In this document: one piece after another, positions 44,801-58,904 of the stretch
Position numbering within the stretch: the first letter of the stretch is position 1
How the letters are laid out: every line of letters starts with the position of its first letter
NCBI GenBank assembly: GCA_964035545.1
Contig: OZ037767.1
Coordinates: forward strand, 8,938,581-9,002,580
Source: Bugula neritina
Taxonomy: Eukaryota > Animalia > Bryozoa
DNA: 64,000 nucleotides
Direction: 5' to 3'
The notes under the pieces: generated by a model
Databases searched by the model: none
What the model saw: only the letters and a program-made list of their open reading frames with translations
Told to the model about the DNA's origin: nothing
Position numbers and translations under genes: made by a program

Positions 44801-47800
44801 GGTGTTGCGGGAGTACTGCCCCCTGTCTTGCCGTCTTTTGGTTTACTTGATAACCGAAGACCTGGAAGTTTAGAGGTTCTGCCTTTCTTATCTGGACTAG
44901 AAGTGGAGAGTTTACAGTCTCCATTCTGCGTCAGCTCTCCGGAGGTCTGTTTGAACAATGTCGGTTTTTTCAACTTGGATTCCTGTTTGATTAGAGGGGA
45001 CTCGGGGGCCACCTGCCTGCCACCCGATGTTTTAGTTGCTGATTTTGGAGAAATGCTGTGGCTAGACAGAGAAGATGATTCCAAATCGTGTGGTACTGAG
45101 TTTTGCCGGCTACTTGAAAGATATGGCTGTAATTTAACTGTCTGGACTGTTTCCTTTTCAGATTGATCATTTAGTGGCACTGTTGGTGCTCCTACCGCTA
45201 TGCTACCTGGACAAGATAGGTACGCATTTCGTGGCAGAGTGTTACTGTAACATTTGGTGTGTAGACGGGACGCTGCATCTATATACTCTACCTGCGGTGA
45301 TAGCAGCTCTTTATGGAGACTAGGGTCTGAGGCACCGTCCGGTTTACGCAGCATTGAGCCTTGAAGTGTTGCGTTTAGAAAAGCTTCAGTAGAGTCCTTT
45401 GTGTGAGAATACCTGGCTATAACTACAGGCATCTCGCCGAGTACACTCTCGGGTGAACGGGGCAACTCGCTGTCGGCCAGTGGTGTGTTAGACTGCAGGG
45501 AGTGAGAGTCAGAGTCCGTGAACTCAGTCTGACAAGCAGCGTCGCACACCTCTACTATTTCCTCTGACAGAGAGGTCTCGTCATACGATGATTCATCTTT
45601 GCTTTCAAAACCAACTTTCTCGTCTGCAGTCACATTGCTGACGGAATCATCAATCTGCACCCCGTCTTGGTTAGCATCTTCAGAATAGTTACACGAGAGG
45701 TCAGTAAGAGGGTGATCTGATGTACCTGTGGTCTCTCCTTCTGCATATAGCCCTAGCTCCACTGTCAACTGCATCCCGTCCTGCTCATCCAATTCAGTCT
45801 CGTATAAATCATTAGCTTTCGATTGAAGGTCAGCAGGTATCCCTTCCTAGAACGAAAACATTAACCATTTTTAAAGTATTAAATTTGAATTTAAAACTGC
45901 TTTGAAAATGCAAAACTAAATTGGCTTCGACAATGCAAAAGAAAGGGTGCTATACCATATGCTGGTCTGTAGCTTCAGATTCCTTAGTGGGAGTGTTGTT
46001 TTTGCTGTGACGCATCACCCAGTCCTTCACAAACGGCTTAACAATTACATTGAGTTCCTGCGCTGACTTTGGCGATGGTTTATTGGCTGCCTTGGATCCC
46101 TCAGCCTTTCAAATGTAAACAAACCATTTCTTGCAAAAAGCATTGCATTGCGACTTACTAAGACAAACAACTACAACAGATCTCCAATCAGTAACAAAAG
46201 AATAACAGAATTGGCAGTAAATACCTTCTGAATGACATCAGCTTTATTCTCCTTTTTAATATCGGCACCACATTGATGACAATGTTTAGTGGTGTCTCGG
46301 TGCTTTCTGCTAGGGGTTCTATGATGATGGTTCTTCGGTTTATCACTTCTCTCCCCATTTGAATGATGCCTGGTAACATAAGCAATAATATATCGCATAC
46401 ATGTACATCTAAGCCCAAGACCTAAGCACACAACATAGCAAACCTGTAAAAGTTTAATTTTGAAAATTCAATAGTGGAATATGAAAGTGTCATGTAAAAA
46501 TATGTTTCCCGCAGCAACCGATATGTGAGATGAGGCAGCTTCACAAACCTGTGCTGTCGCTTAGCTGGAGATAATTGTTCTTTCTTCAAATTGCTTGTCA
46601 AGTCCTCAATGTTCTTTCTGAAAGCAGTGGGACCGTCCACCCACAGCTCTTGTTTAGAAACTTCGGCTATTGTCGGTTTTGTCCCTCTCCGCTCAGGTGG
46701 AGGCTCCGCCCACGCAGAGCGAGTTGATGTCTTTCGTGTCATATGTCCTATTTGTTCAGGATGTCCGTTATATTGCGCCAATGATATCCAATGTGAGCTA
46801 TGATCAGGCTGCACTATATGGTAGAAGTCATTAGAAAGGGTATCAAGATGAGGGTGATAGTGTGCGGGGTGATTATCTACAAGCTGAGGGTGATACGAGT
46901 GAGGTAGAGGGGGATTGTGGGGCAGAGGAAGTGGATTTGAGTAGCCCGGTGATTGCCATTGATCTCTAGAAGTACCCTGCCAGTGTTCTAGATGATTCCC
47001 AACTTCCTGTTCACATGGTTCAAGCTTAGGCCATGCTCTGGCGTTGGTGCGGGGCATTCTTCTCCGCCCCTCACTGCTCGTCTCTTCATCTGATAACATC
47101 TTTTTTATAGTTCCTGCAAGATAATTTTAATTTCAAAAGTCACATGTGAACACGACAATTAGTCAAAACTATCAGTCACAACTAATCGGACACTTTTACA
47201 GTATATTACAAAAGAATTTCATTCCTAAAGACTTAGGATTGATTAAAAAACAAGATTTCTGCTCAAAACTAAGCAGTGACAGAGCGAAGACACTGGCTGA
47301 ATCTACCTGCATACATATTACGCCTTCACACTTACCTGTTCAATTTAACAGATCCTCAGTTCAACTGAAACTTGTAAAAATAAACTTTACGCGTACATTA
47401 CATACTTGATACTACAATATGAAAATTATATTATCAATTCACCTGGTTTGTTGTATGGCGATGCCTGGGAATGGCTGGCTAGTTTAGAGTAGTCTTCTCC
47501 TTGACTATGAGTTTTTAAGTGTGATTTGTGAGTTTTCTGGGCAGCTGTGGGTAGATGTGTGTGTCTGTGTTTGTTTATGGGATTGTATATAACCGTATCC
47601 ACAGATTGCTCACTACTCGACACATCCGGGTCAGATAGACTGGCACTCGTCCCCATCCTTATACCACACCTCTGTCTGATGCTAGAGTTAGCACTTCCTG
47701 TATCGTCTGAACTGTTGCTTGAAGCCTAAAGTCACAATGTTGCCTCCAAATATATTTAACTTGTCCATTAAATGCATTCAACAATCAGAAATATTGTGTG

Positions 47801-50800
47801 TATGTATGAGGGAATTATATTACACATTTAATTGAAAGTACAAATATCAAATATATGTTTAAAAACTAAATTTAGAGAAAAAAAATATTATAATCATCTT
47901 TTTATTCAGGAGGAAAATTCAGTGATTTTATTAACTTTAGAGTTGTCTATACTACATTTTTCATCAGATTTCAACTTCACAATTATGTGTAGCAGAGCCT
48001 CCCAAGAATTTACATCATGAAATATTAACTACTCAAATGACTAGGTTATAAAGTGTCAGAGAGAGGGACTGATGCTACATGCACGATGTCTAGCATATTC
48101 TTTTCACTTACCTTGTTCTTTCGCCTCACTTTCATTCTGTGTATTCTGGCAGCTAGTTGCAGGATCTGCAAGGTGTCTGTATACTGAGACGGCTGGGTAG
48201 ATATGTGCACCAGGATGCATGTCTTACAGTTGGCTTGACCCACAGAGTCCTTGAGCAGAGTCGCTAACTTGCTGTCCCTGCAACCAGATATTAAATGCTT
48301 ATGTCAAAGCCAAATTACTGGGTTCGAACCCATGGCTTTTGTATTTACTAATAGCCAATGCTCTAACCTCTAGATCACAGCTGCTTCCTCAATTATTGAA
48401 TGTTAATGTCAACGCAAAATCACCACGAAGCTAAATTATTTCTACAACTAAGGAAATAGAAACATATTCATCTCATAAAAAATATAATTTTTAAATACTT
48501 GCATATTTTATTACAAAATATGATGCTCTAATTTCCTACAAATGCATTTAACATTGAAGTATAACTCCCCTATAAGCTTTAATTCAGTGGTATTTTACGC
48601 TAGAAATGGAACAATAAAGTGATATTATGCAGACTCACTTGTGAGGAAAGTGTCTTTGGCCATTAAGAACAGCAGTAATGGAACTGCCCAACGCTGCTAA
48701 GGTGAGAGCTGACCCGCTGCTGCTAGACTTAGCACATTGCCCAATATCTATGAAATGCAGCCGACTACGCCCTCCGGCAACTAGAGCGCCCCCTGCTGAC
48801 GGTTTCATCTCTACATAGTGCTGATACACGTGGAGGGTGAACAGGAAGTGTGAGCCCTTGCTGTCGGACTTCTCTGTAAGCAGCAGACAGTCAAACTGCA
48901 GCTTATAGTTAAGTAGTAAAAGAAGATAACTTCAAACTGAATACATTTGCAGCACACGATGCATACTTACGCAAGTCGTATATTATTTATATTTATATAT
49001 ATATACGAAAGGAATTTTATTTTTTTGTTTTGAGATTTCAAAAAGCTATGTTGAAAAAATTATTTGGTTTACTTTCAAATATTATAATAATATAGTAATT
49101 ATAACATTGGTAAGAATGACTGGAAGTAGGCAATGCCTATCATCTGGAAGCATAAACAATGCGAATGTTCTATGTATGATATAACAAATATTCTTATCAA
49201 AATGCAAAACTTTCAAACAACTCAGCTGACGAAGAACCTTTCATTGCCAACACATTAAACTGTGAATCAAACACAAACATCTAAAACAAAAGTAAATATG
49301 TCATGAAATTATTCACCATTCAAGTTGTGTCTAGCAGTCAAGGCAGCGTCTAGATAGAAGCCGGCCTTGGCAGCATCTGGAGCTCTTAGTTCTTGAAGAT
49401 TTTCTAGCTGAGCTCCATATACTGGTGTGTTGGTTAGTTGGATCTGCTCTGGTAGCTTCCCATCTTGACCTAACAATCAGCACAAGAGTTCACAGCTATG
49501 ATTTATAACTATATATAGCCAAATGTTTGTATAGCTTGATTGTGGAAAGTTTGAAGCTGCAAACACACTAAGTCATAATTTATCATATTTTTAGCAGCAC
49601 ATATTTATTGGCCGCATATTTGCTAGCAGTCCATTTGCTAGCAGTATATTTGCTAGCAGTATATTTGTTAGCAGTATATTTGCTAGCAGTATATTTGTTA
49701 GTAACATATTTGTTAGGAGTATTGATTGTTGTGTAATGTAAATAGTTGCATTGAAACATTTTAATAGGAAAATTAATTAAATTGTATAATTTACACCTTA
49801 ATATGGCTTTGTACGGAAATTTTATTTTAGTAACTGATAGCTGTCAAACAAGATTTATTTCTGAGTATTTTGAGATAGCAGAGTGCATAGTGTTTAGTAT
49901 ATAGTATATAGTGTGTAGCATATAGTATATAGTATATAGTGTGTAGCATATAGTATATAGTATATAGTGTGTAGCATATAGTATATAGTATATAGTGTGT
50001 AGCATATAGTATATAGTATATAGTGTGTAGTGTGTAGCATATAGTATATAGTATATAGTATATAGTGTGTAGCATATAGTATATAGTATATAGTGTGTAG
50101 CATATAGTATATGGTATATAGTGTGTAGCATATAGTATAGAGTATACACAGTAGGGTGGGGGGGTATAAGAACAGGAAATAACACACTCTCTTATGAGAA
50201 GGTAAAGCACAGCTGTCACACCTAATAGACAAGTAGCAGTTGTCAAAGATGGTAACTTTATATGTGGTAAAATATAACCTGGGAGCAACAGGTGTAGAGC
50301 ATAGCTATCACATACACTGCTACAATAACAGAGTGGTAGCATATTACAATTAGAGGGTTTATATTCTAGAGTAAGTACAAAAGGAGTAAGTTTAGTCTAG
50401 AGTAAGTGTGAAAGAAGTAAGTACAGTCTAGAGTAAGTGTGTATCCTACCATCATTGGAACAGCTGGCTAACAAGTCCGTGAGCTCTTCATTATGCCCTC
50501 TAATCTCCAGACACGTTATTCTAACAGAAAATCTAGTGGAGGTTTTGGTTTTCCGCTCTTCTATCAGCTGATAGAGCCAGGAGATTGCAGTGGGGATTAC
50601 TCCGAAATCAGCACAAGAGGAATCAACTCCTACTAAACTGTAGGATTTTCCTGGAATATATGATAGATTAATTGATAACAGTTGGTTTGAGGGGAAGTGT
50701 TGCCAATGGAGCAGCTGCAATGTCAGCAGTATACGCAGCTTCAGGTTGTCAATATTTTACTGGTGCTGCCGGCAGTTGTATCTCATGTTTGACAGAAGTC

Positions 50801-53800
50801 AGCGTGTAGCAACTAATGTGGGAGAGGATACAGTGGGTTGGACACAACTGTAAAACAACTGTCATAAAACTAACTCATTAGTCGGGATTGTAACTGTAAC
50901 TGAACCCTAAAAATTAATTTGAATAACAAAATGAGAATGAGTGGCACGCGATCTAGCATTTACAGTAAATTGATTGGGGCATGTAGTTGAAGATAATTGA
51001 ATTATTTAGCAGATAAAGTATATTATGACTGGGTGCTAGTCTAAATGTAATTAATACGAAAGTATCAAGGCATGCTGCAGAGTGTCAATTTTAGCTTCAA
51101 CAAAGTAGCAAATCTAATGAAACACAACACAAAATAATGACTAATTTTCTGTAAGATACGAGAAGGGGCATGCAGTAGACAATGCGTAAGAGCTAACCTT
51201 ACAATTATATATACTAGACAGTCTGGCCTATTACAACGATTGCATGTGTAGATTATTGTAAAGTGCTGAGTAACACGTATATACATATTCTAGTATAGCA
51301 AGTACCTGTTTTAGATTGACCAAAACTCATCACACAACCATCTGATCCTTGCAACACGGACCTTAGCACATCCATCACAGTTCCTCTGCAGACGTCCATC
51401 TGAAAGGCAATGCAGCAAAATGAGCTAATGTATTTCATCAGTGCACAATAGTTTCTACCTAGACACTCTATGAGCACTACTTGGTGATTACCTACTCATT
51501 ACCTAGTCGATTACCTACTCACTACCTAATCCATTACCTACTCACTACCTGCCACCTGGTTCATTACCTACTCACTACCTGATCTATTACCTACTCACTA
51601 CCTAGTCTATTACCTGCTAGCTACCTAGTCTATTACCTGCTAGCTACCTGGTTCATTACCTACTCACTACCTGGTCTATTACCTACTTGCTACCTGGTTC
51701 ATTACCTGCTAACTACCTGGTCAGCACCTTATGTAAAGACCACACTAAGCTCTCTTAGGGGTAAACACAGTATGTACTGCAACTACATCCAAACCACATG
51801 AAAATAGTTAAAATGAGTTCCTGAGTAGTTATTTCAAGAGAAACTGCTATGCAAGTGATGACAATATAGTCACACGGCATATTACTATCATATATAGCAA
51901 CATCTACCTGCATACTATGACTACTAAACACAGTGTCAAAAGCAAAGAACTTTGGGACTGCAGCCAGTTGGCGTCTGCAACTAGGAGCCATATTTGATTG
52001 GTTGGAAGGATCCTGAAGTACCAATTGACCTCTCTCCGTGTTTACAGATATGTATGAGTTGGAATGACTCGTGTTTTCTTCTGACTGTTTTAGTCTCACT
52101 GCAACCGACACCTGAAATTACAGAAATTAAATGCTACGTTATTTATTGTGAACTACAACAGTACAAACAATATATTTTATTGGTTTGATACAAAAACTCA
52201 TTATAAAATAACCTTTAGTTCGAACACCAAATTATTGATTATAAAAGAAAATATATGCACATATTTTATTTAGCATTGTTGAAATACAGTCAACATAAAG
52301 ATGAAAAGGAATTATCTCCCCTACACCTTCGGTGTTGCGGTGTAGACATGCTTGTTCACTGATTATACTTAGAAACATTAAAATCAATGGAACTAGAAAA
52401 GGTTTTGATGAAAGTGTAAATGTTTCATAATGTAAAAACTTGCCATCAGCAGTCATTAAAAAATCGTTTGATGAGGAAAATGGATTCTAATATTTACTTT
52501 AAAAAGAGTATGATATGATTACAGTATCTGTTTGAACTATTCCAGAGTATAGCCGGCTTTGTTGTCATTGTTAAAAATAAGATACTAATGCAATATTAAT
52601 TCTCATTATCTTGATTAAAGATTCAGGAAATGCATCTATACAATTACGATATTGTTTTCAGTTAGACCGAAAGGAAGTTGGTTTTACTCGGTATGCAAAC
52701 TATTCTTTGTCAGATATTTATAACTCAAAGAGTAAACAGTGTATTATAAACATGAATATTTGCTAGGTGGAGATATGAGAATATTTAGTGTAACATTATC
52801 ATGAGTGATACCAACTCACTCACATACACCAACTGAACTGTATATTATATATATGTATAGTATATAATATAGTATATTATATATGCTTTAATATGATTAA
52901 TAAACATATTTATAGAAAAGAAAATGCAACAATAACAAATGCATGAGTGAAGGTAACAGATGGATAGATGAGTTTGACGCACGAAGTTGAATATCTGCCT
53001 GTGAGAATTGTTAATGGAGGTTTAGAATGAATGGTATAGTTACAGACACAACCTCATGTGCATTCGCAGCTTTCGATATAATATTTCAATATATTATTTT
53101 ATTATAATATAAAAATATAAAGGATCCTCTTTATATAAAATCTTCAAAATAATAAAAGACTGTTTCTAAGAACTTCTAAACCATGATTTCCAGTTTACTT
53201 GTAATCCTTTTATAGTTATAGAAAATAATCTCAAAGAGGAAAAGATGAGGTTAAACTCCCAAAACTCCAATTACAGTATTTAGTTAAATCACTTGTTTCA
53301 TTAAGTCATCACCATAAGAGCTGGTAAACAGGCTGTATATGTCCGTAGCCCTTCACTTTATGCTATATACCCTGTATGATGCTTATAATCAAATAATACT
53401 CATTGCCAATTGAGAGTAAATCTAATCAAGTGAAAAAATAACTAATAAACCAATAAGAAATATGGCTGATAGAGACAAGTGCCATATGGTGGCACTACAA
53501 GCACGTCACAGGGAGCTTCGATTCGCTGTGAATTAATTCTTTAACAAAAGCCAAACATATGATACCTTTAATTATGCTGCTTGAAAAATTTTCAGTAGAG
53601 ATTTTCAGGTATTTGCATATTAAAAACTGTGTATAACATTGAGACAATCATTGGTAGACTTTTCAATTCAGAGCTGACTCTGGGAGAGTGAAACAGCAGA
53701 TTGACATATAGATATGCATATAGGTCCTGAGGTGTCCCTTTCAGCGCATGAAGAAGCAATGAGTAAAGTATTGACTAATGGAAAGCACAATGTAGGTATG

Positions 53801-54433
53801 TTGTATCAGAAATGAGCAGGAAACATGCTGAGAGGCAGCCTCCATGGCACCCAGCCAGCTGTCAGCTACAGTTTGGTGTGATAGCTGCTGCCTAAAGCGT
53901 CTATAAACATTGTGAGCTATACCAACATATTCTGTGGCTCATATTCAAGTAAATATAGAACTCCTGTTGCCAAAATTCTAAAGTCATTGCCAAAATATGT
54001 CAACTAGAAGGGCAGTTATTGGACTAGTGGGCGAGCATCAAATACCAGATGTCATGCTAGAGTCAGAACCATGTGAGTTTGAGTCGTACAGGTAGTAAGA
54101 AGTATAAAATAATTTTGCCCCCACTGAGATTCGATCCTCAAACCCTCGGATTGCATGCAGCCGAGCTTAACCATTACACCACAGTGGCTACCAAATAATA
54201 TAAACACTACAAAAATGGTTGACAACATTACCTTGCTTAGAGCAGAGTTTCCTTGGTCTACAGGGCTCTGTGCAACGGGTGGGCAAGGTGGCAGCCCCAT
54301 AGCTAGTATAGGAGAGAAGTGAGTTACAGTTTGATATCTGTAATTATCCTCTCCATCACTATTCTTTCGGTTTTTGCGAGATGTTAAAGACTTGGACATC
54401 GTGACAAATGTGTTTTGTGTTGAATTATAATCA
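41823..54433 (-). CDS. KIF26: Kinesin-11 family, KIF26-like (VAB-8-related): motor domain and C-terminal part, 17 exons
   Basis: Exons 54433-54232, 52111-51908, 51399-51306, 50650-50450, 49469-49317, 48873-48639, 48277-48112, 47725-47443, 47113-46549, 46369-46225, 46105-45956, 45846-44773, 44596-44466, 44017-43833, 43546-43458, 43244-43118, 41956-41823, all in phase. KIF26 motifs: [92 protein letters not shown], and C-terminal [27 protein letters not shown]. Confidence 0.93.
48312..48386 (-). mobile_element. tRNA-derived SINE-like head
   Basis: Reverse strand gcagctgtgatctagaggttagagc...gggttcgaacccag has A-box-like and B-box (GGTTCGAACCC) sequences; similar to 63033-63095. Confidence 0.55.
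49595..49722. repeat. 20-bp tandem repeat atttg(c/t)tagcagtat
   Basis: About 7 units visible (unit 15-20 bp). Confidence 0.8.
49888..50146. repeat. Minisatellite built from tatag/tatatag subunits (~28-bp unit tagtatatagtatatagtgtgtagcata)
   Basis: About 9 copies; explains the repetitive ORFs at 49827-50342. Confidence 0.95.
51476..51722. repeat. ~22-bp tandem repeat attacctactcactacctggtc-like
   Basis: About 10 degenerate units in a KIF26 intron. Confidence 0.9.
54117..54192 (-). mobile_element. tRNA-like sequence (SINE head or tRNA pseudogene)
   Basis: Reverse strand gccactgtggtgtaatggttaagctcggctgcatgcaatccgagggtttgaggatcgaatctcagtgggggca. It has an A box (TGGTGTAATGG), a T-arm tgagg-atcgaat-ctca and an anticodon-like stem ctcgg...ccgag, but an irregular loop. 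Confidence 0.55.
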
Positions 54434-55540
54434 CTGCAGAAATACATAGACATGTGTCAACAGAGTTATATATACTATACTATAACTAGGTGTACAGTAT
54501 TGTACCCTGCAGAAATACAAGAAAGATACATGTACAGTTGTGGTAATATGGCTAAACGCACAATAGTAAAATATTAATTATCTAATTACATACATAGCCC
54601 TACTGGTATACCTTCAAACACTAGAACACCCTGGTGCATAATTTATTTCATCTTCTGAAGACAAACAAACTTGAATAAATCATAAAAATAATCTTTGAGC
54701 ACATTCAGACTGTTTCTGTGCACTAAAATAATTTCACTCATAAAACTGGGTATAGATGTTCAAAGAACAGGTATATGAGTGGGTTTGCCTATGACTTGAG
54801 GGTACATAGCTCACGTAGTACCTAGTGTGTGACTAATAATATGCTAACAATGAACATTCACAAACTACGCAATAAAATAATGGTGGCAAGGAAGGGAGTT
54901 GCCTCGAACTAGCAGACTGACAATGTGAACCCTGATCTATTCTTTGCAAGTGTTATATTACAAAGATATTATGCTGGTATATGACATTTTTGAGAGCTGG
55001 GGTTGGCTTACAGTGATGGGAGAGGAGAGCATTGCACTCAGTTTGAAGTAGGTGCATTATAGGACCAACTAACCTATCAGGGGAGATAATTGTCTCAATG
55101 AAAAGTAAAGAAAGTAACATATGTACAAGTATTGATAAATTGAAACAGACATGTTAAATGATGTAAGTTATAACATATTTATAGTCAGGCAATATTCAAG
55201 ATAATTACTTTTATATAAGGGCTACAGCATACATAGCTTAGTCATGAATTCACGTAATATGAGTACAGAATACAATTATTCTAGATGAATCTATGCTTAG
55301 AGTGGGTTCACTGCACTGCCCAATGATCTCTTCGTACCAGAAGCTAATTAAGTTGTTAGTTGTGTAAACTGATTGTCTAATACAGCAATGCTGCCAGAAG
55401 AGTACTGGGTAATTTGTAAAGGAAAATGTTTGAAAGTTGTAATTATTCATCCTTCCATAGTGCTATATTTTATAATAATAATGTAATGAAGATTACGATT
55501 TTACAGCTAGAAAACATAATCATTTAGTCTACCCCTAAAT

Positions 55541-55894
55541 TAGGGCTGTCCAACAGGCGCCCCTCCCCCACGGCAGGATGTGGCCCTCAGCCTACATTTA
55601 TGAGGCCCTCAAAGGCATAAGACATAACATTATTTTGCACATGTATGTATATAAATTATAGTAGAAAAACCACCTTTTAAAAGCATTATTTATATACATG
55701 CTAAAAACCATGCAGTCTGCAGTAATTGTTGGGGCTTCATTGTGTAATGATTCATAGGAATTTGGAATAAAGTTACTTGAAAAATCCTGACACTGTGGCC
55801 CTCTGCCCAATCTAAATTTTACAATGTGGCTCTCAGCACTATACAGAATATTCCCTTTCAGCGGCCCTTTCTCTGAAAAGGCTAGACACCCCTG
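55541..55894. mobile_element. hAT (Charlie-like) non-autonomous MITE
   Basis: Ends tagggctgtccaac and gctagacacccctg (reverse complement caggggtgtctagc), internal tgtggccct/gcggccc motifs, and 8-bp flanks ccctaaat / ttctaaat consistent with a degenerate target-site duplication. Confidence 0.75.
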
Positions 55895-57857
55895 TTCTAA
55901 ATATAATTGGAAGTTAAGATACACTGTTTTTTACATTATCATTTTGTCAACTAGTCTATTGTTAACATGCAACATGTAACACGGTGATATAGCAAGCATG
56001 CTTTATTGTATGCTAATGTAAACATAATACATGTAAATAAACTACAAATATCCAATATTTGTTGGGGTAATGAATACTCCCTACCTCCTTGTTTATAACC
56101 TATACACATAACTTTAGTGCAATTTAAAGGCAATTAAGGCCTCATAAATCCTGAGTGGTAACATTGTGTCTAATTCTGCTATTTCTCATCTATAGCATTT
56201 GTGTAAACATTTAGAAGGAAAGTTTATCTTGTATAAAATACTGTATAACTATGTGGAGCCCCATTTTACATATCCCATATCATTTGTTTATAATATTTGG
56301 TATCTTTATGATATAAAACTTGCACTGCCAGCAATGAAAATGTTAAAGGTTAAATGTTAATAGGTGTATTGGGCAGCTAAAGGGGTATCTATTCAAATCA
56401 AGTAGAAAGCTACAGATTTTTACTCTAATTTTTACAAAGAGATACCGTGTGTATGTTATAAGCCAAGTACACTAGTGCTTTGCTGCTTTATATCTTCTCT
56501 GAGTGAAACTAATAGACTTGGTATTCCTTAATTGACAAGTGGATGGAAAAATAACAAAATATCTAATAAAATATAATTCTTAAGCTAAAACTCTTCTAAA
56601 CTAGTGACAAATAAATCATTTATTTTTAAAATCTTGCAACCAGATTTTGGTCACTAATATAAGAACCTACATCCTCAAAGCTTTGCTCTGTACTTACTAT
56701 ATTATTTTGGAATGTGTATTGAAATGAACATGCAGTCAGCTTACCATATAATCAAGCAACTCCTGTAAACGTTCTATCCAACAGTTAGCTGTGTAGTTAG
56801 CAACATATTAGTTAAACATCTCTGCTTACCAAACCTTCGAAATGTATTCTGTGATATTAAACCTGAAGCAAGTTTGCTTTTAGAAAATGTGTATAAGGAG
56901 CCAACCAATCAAAGTAGGAGGATTAATGAACTGACCAATCACATGCAATATATATTAAGAATGCAAACCTCATCGCATACGGTTACACACGGAATACTGT
57001 TAGCAGGATGTTTATTTTGATTTAATTAAAGGTTATCTCCATCCATTGAATTTCAAGAAGATAATAATATAATAGAAAGAGCCAACAACCTGCTTCAAAC
57101 TTCACTTGGCACTCCCAAATCAAACAGCCTCTGAATCAATCAACTCCCATTAACTGAATAATTATTTTAATCTAGACACTCATCAGTGTTGCTACTTTTG
57201 GTAGAGTTTGATCAGCACTTCAGTATTTCCCAGGCAGCATTCATCCAACTAGATAATGAAGACCTGCATGAACAGTGGTTTACTAACTTTTTCCTTTAGA
57301 CTATGTAAATATCAATAGAAATACTTTTATTTTAATGAAAACATTGAAAATTTCTATTGTTAAGTTGAACATGTAGTAGCCAATCACCTGTTTATTTGAA
57401 CGTATATTAAAGTTAACAGACGTTTAGATTTTCCATGTAAGCTGTTTACTAGCTAGTCTAGAAAAGATGTGTGTGCCAAAATAAGACAGCGTCAATAAAT
57501 TAAATTACCCTACAGTAAATTATATTCTAAAATATTCAAAACAGGTTATAAGAGCCCACAGTGATATTATGATAATAGTACAAGCATGTATATTGTTCAA
57601 CTACATAATCTATAAGTACATGCATATGCATAGTAAATATTATTGGAGTAATGGAATGCATAAATCCAATGGTAATAAAATATGCATTACAAATATTACA
57701 TCATTTTATTTCACATGTTTATCTTTGTGTAGTGTTGCACAGAATTGTATAAGTCTAGGGAGTTGATTGCAAGCAGAAGTTGAAAATGGCTCAATGAAGT
57801 AGGAATTGGTAAAAACTATGAGATATGAACTATATCTATTATATATCAGTGACTTAC

Positions 57858-57907
57858 GTGACAGGCTGTGACAGGTTGTGGCAGGTTGTGACAGGTTGTG
57901 ACAGGTT
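57858..57907. repeat. 10-bp tandem repeat gtgacaggtt
   Basis: Five copies. Confidence 0.9.
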
Positions 57908-58904
57908 ATACACTAAACTACGCCGTTGTAAAAAATTTTGTTTTAATAACTTTTGCAAACATTTTAGTAATCCAATTTTTTTCCCAGTTTTACAGCCATT
58001 GAAAAGTTTATTTGTACAGCACTAGATATAAGCACATGTGGCCTATATTCAACTGTCAGTAAACTTTCTGATGCAGACGTTGCAGAACGTATTGTATCTG
58101 TAAGAACTATAGACATGTAAACTGAGGGGCAAAAAAATAAAATTTGAGAAAAAATTACTTTATATCTGTTAGGAAATACTGATGGAATGACATGGTACTG
58201 GGATGGCAGACCCGTAGCTGCTTGTTGTTTGTGCAGCAGATGAAAACTACAGCATTTAGCAGTCAACTTTGTAACAACTGAGCAAAGAATCAGTCAAAAA
58301 AAGCAAACACTAGACAACCCTCTTATTAGAATATAACTATAAAATATTTCTATAAAACAAACTCCACAATGAATGATAATCATATACTCTCTACTAATCA
58401 ATTATTGATGTCTAAACATAAGAACATGCGTAAAGTATTTTAGTAAAGTATGTATTTACATCTTCAGACATCTAGCCAGATTTATGACATGTTTGAAGAC
58501 ATCATTGATTTTTATATCATGTTGCCAGTTATAGCAGCATAACTTTTGTAATTAATTATGTATATGCATACCACGAGCAGCCTAAACATACAGTATACAT
58601 TTTAACATGTAATACGTTAACATACAACGTATTTAATCAAAATGTTTTAGTTTGTTAGAAAGTTGTAAGCCATAAACTCCTTAGACCTTGCGTAAAACCT
58701 GTGACAAGCTGTCAATTACTTGCAGCAATTCCCAGGAGCTCTGCAAGTGCACTCTTAGTTGCGCATTGAAGAGAAAATAGAAATGGCCCAATAAAGCTAA
58801 TTTACATATAAATCCGTTACGAAATTTATTAGTAGAACTCAGCATGCAAGTAACTACGAGATCAGCCATGTATAACTACTTTGACATGCAACTTAAACAC
58901 TCAC

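Noticed and set aside
43067-47729. Several plus-strand ORFs (43067, 44828, 46591, 47547)
   Set aside because: Antisense to KIF26 coding exons; no independent splice or homology signal.
49827-50342. Tyr/Ile-rich repetitive ORFs
   Set aside because: Minisatellite within a KIF26 intron.
54117-54192. Functional tRNA gene
   Set aside because: The anticodon loop and T-loop are irregular and the acceptor stem is imperfect; better explained as a SINE head or pseudogene.
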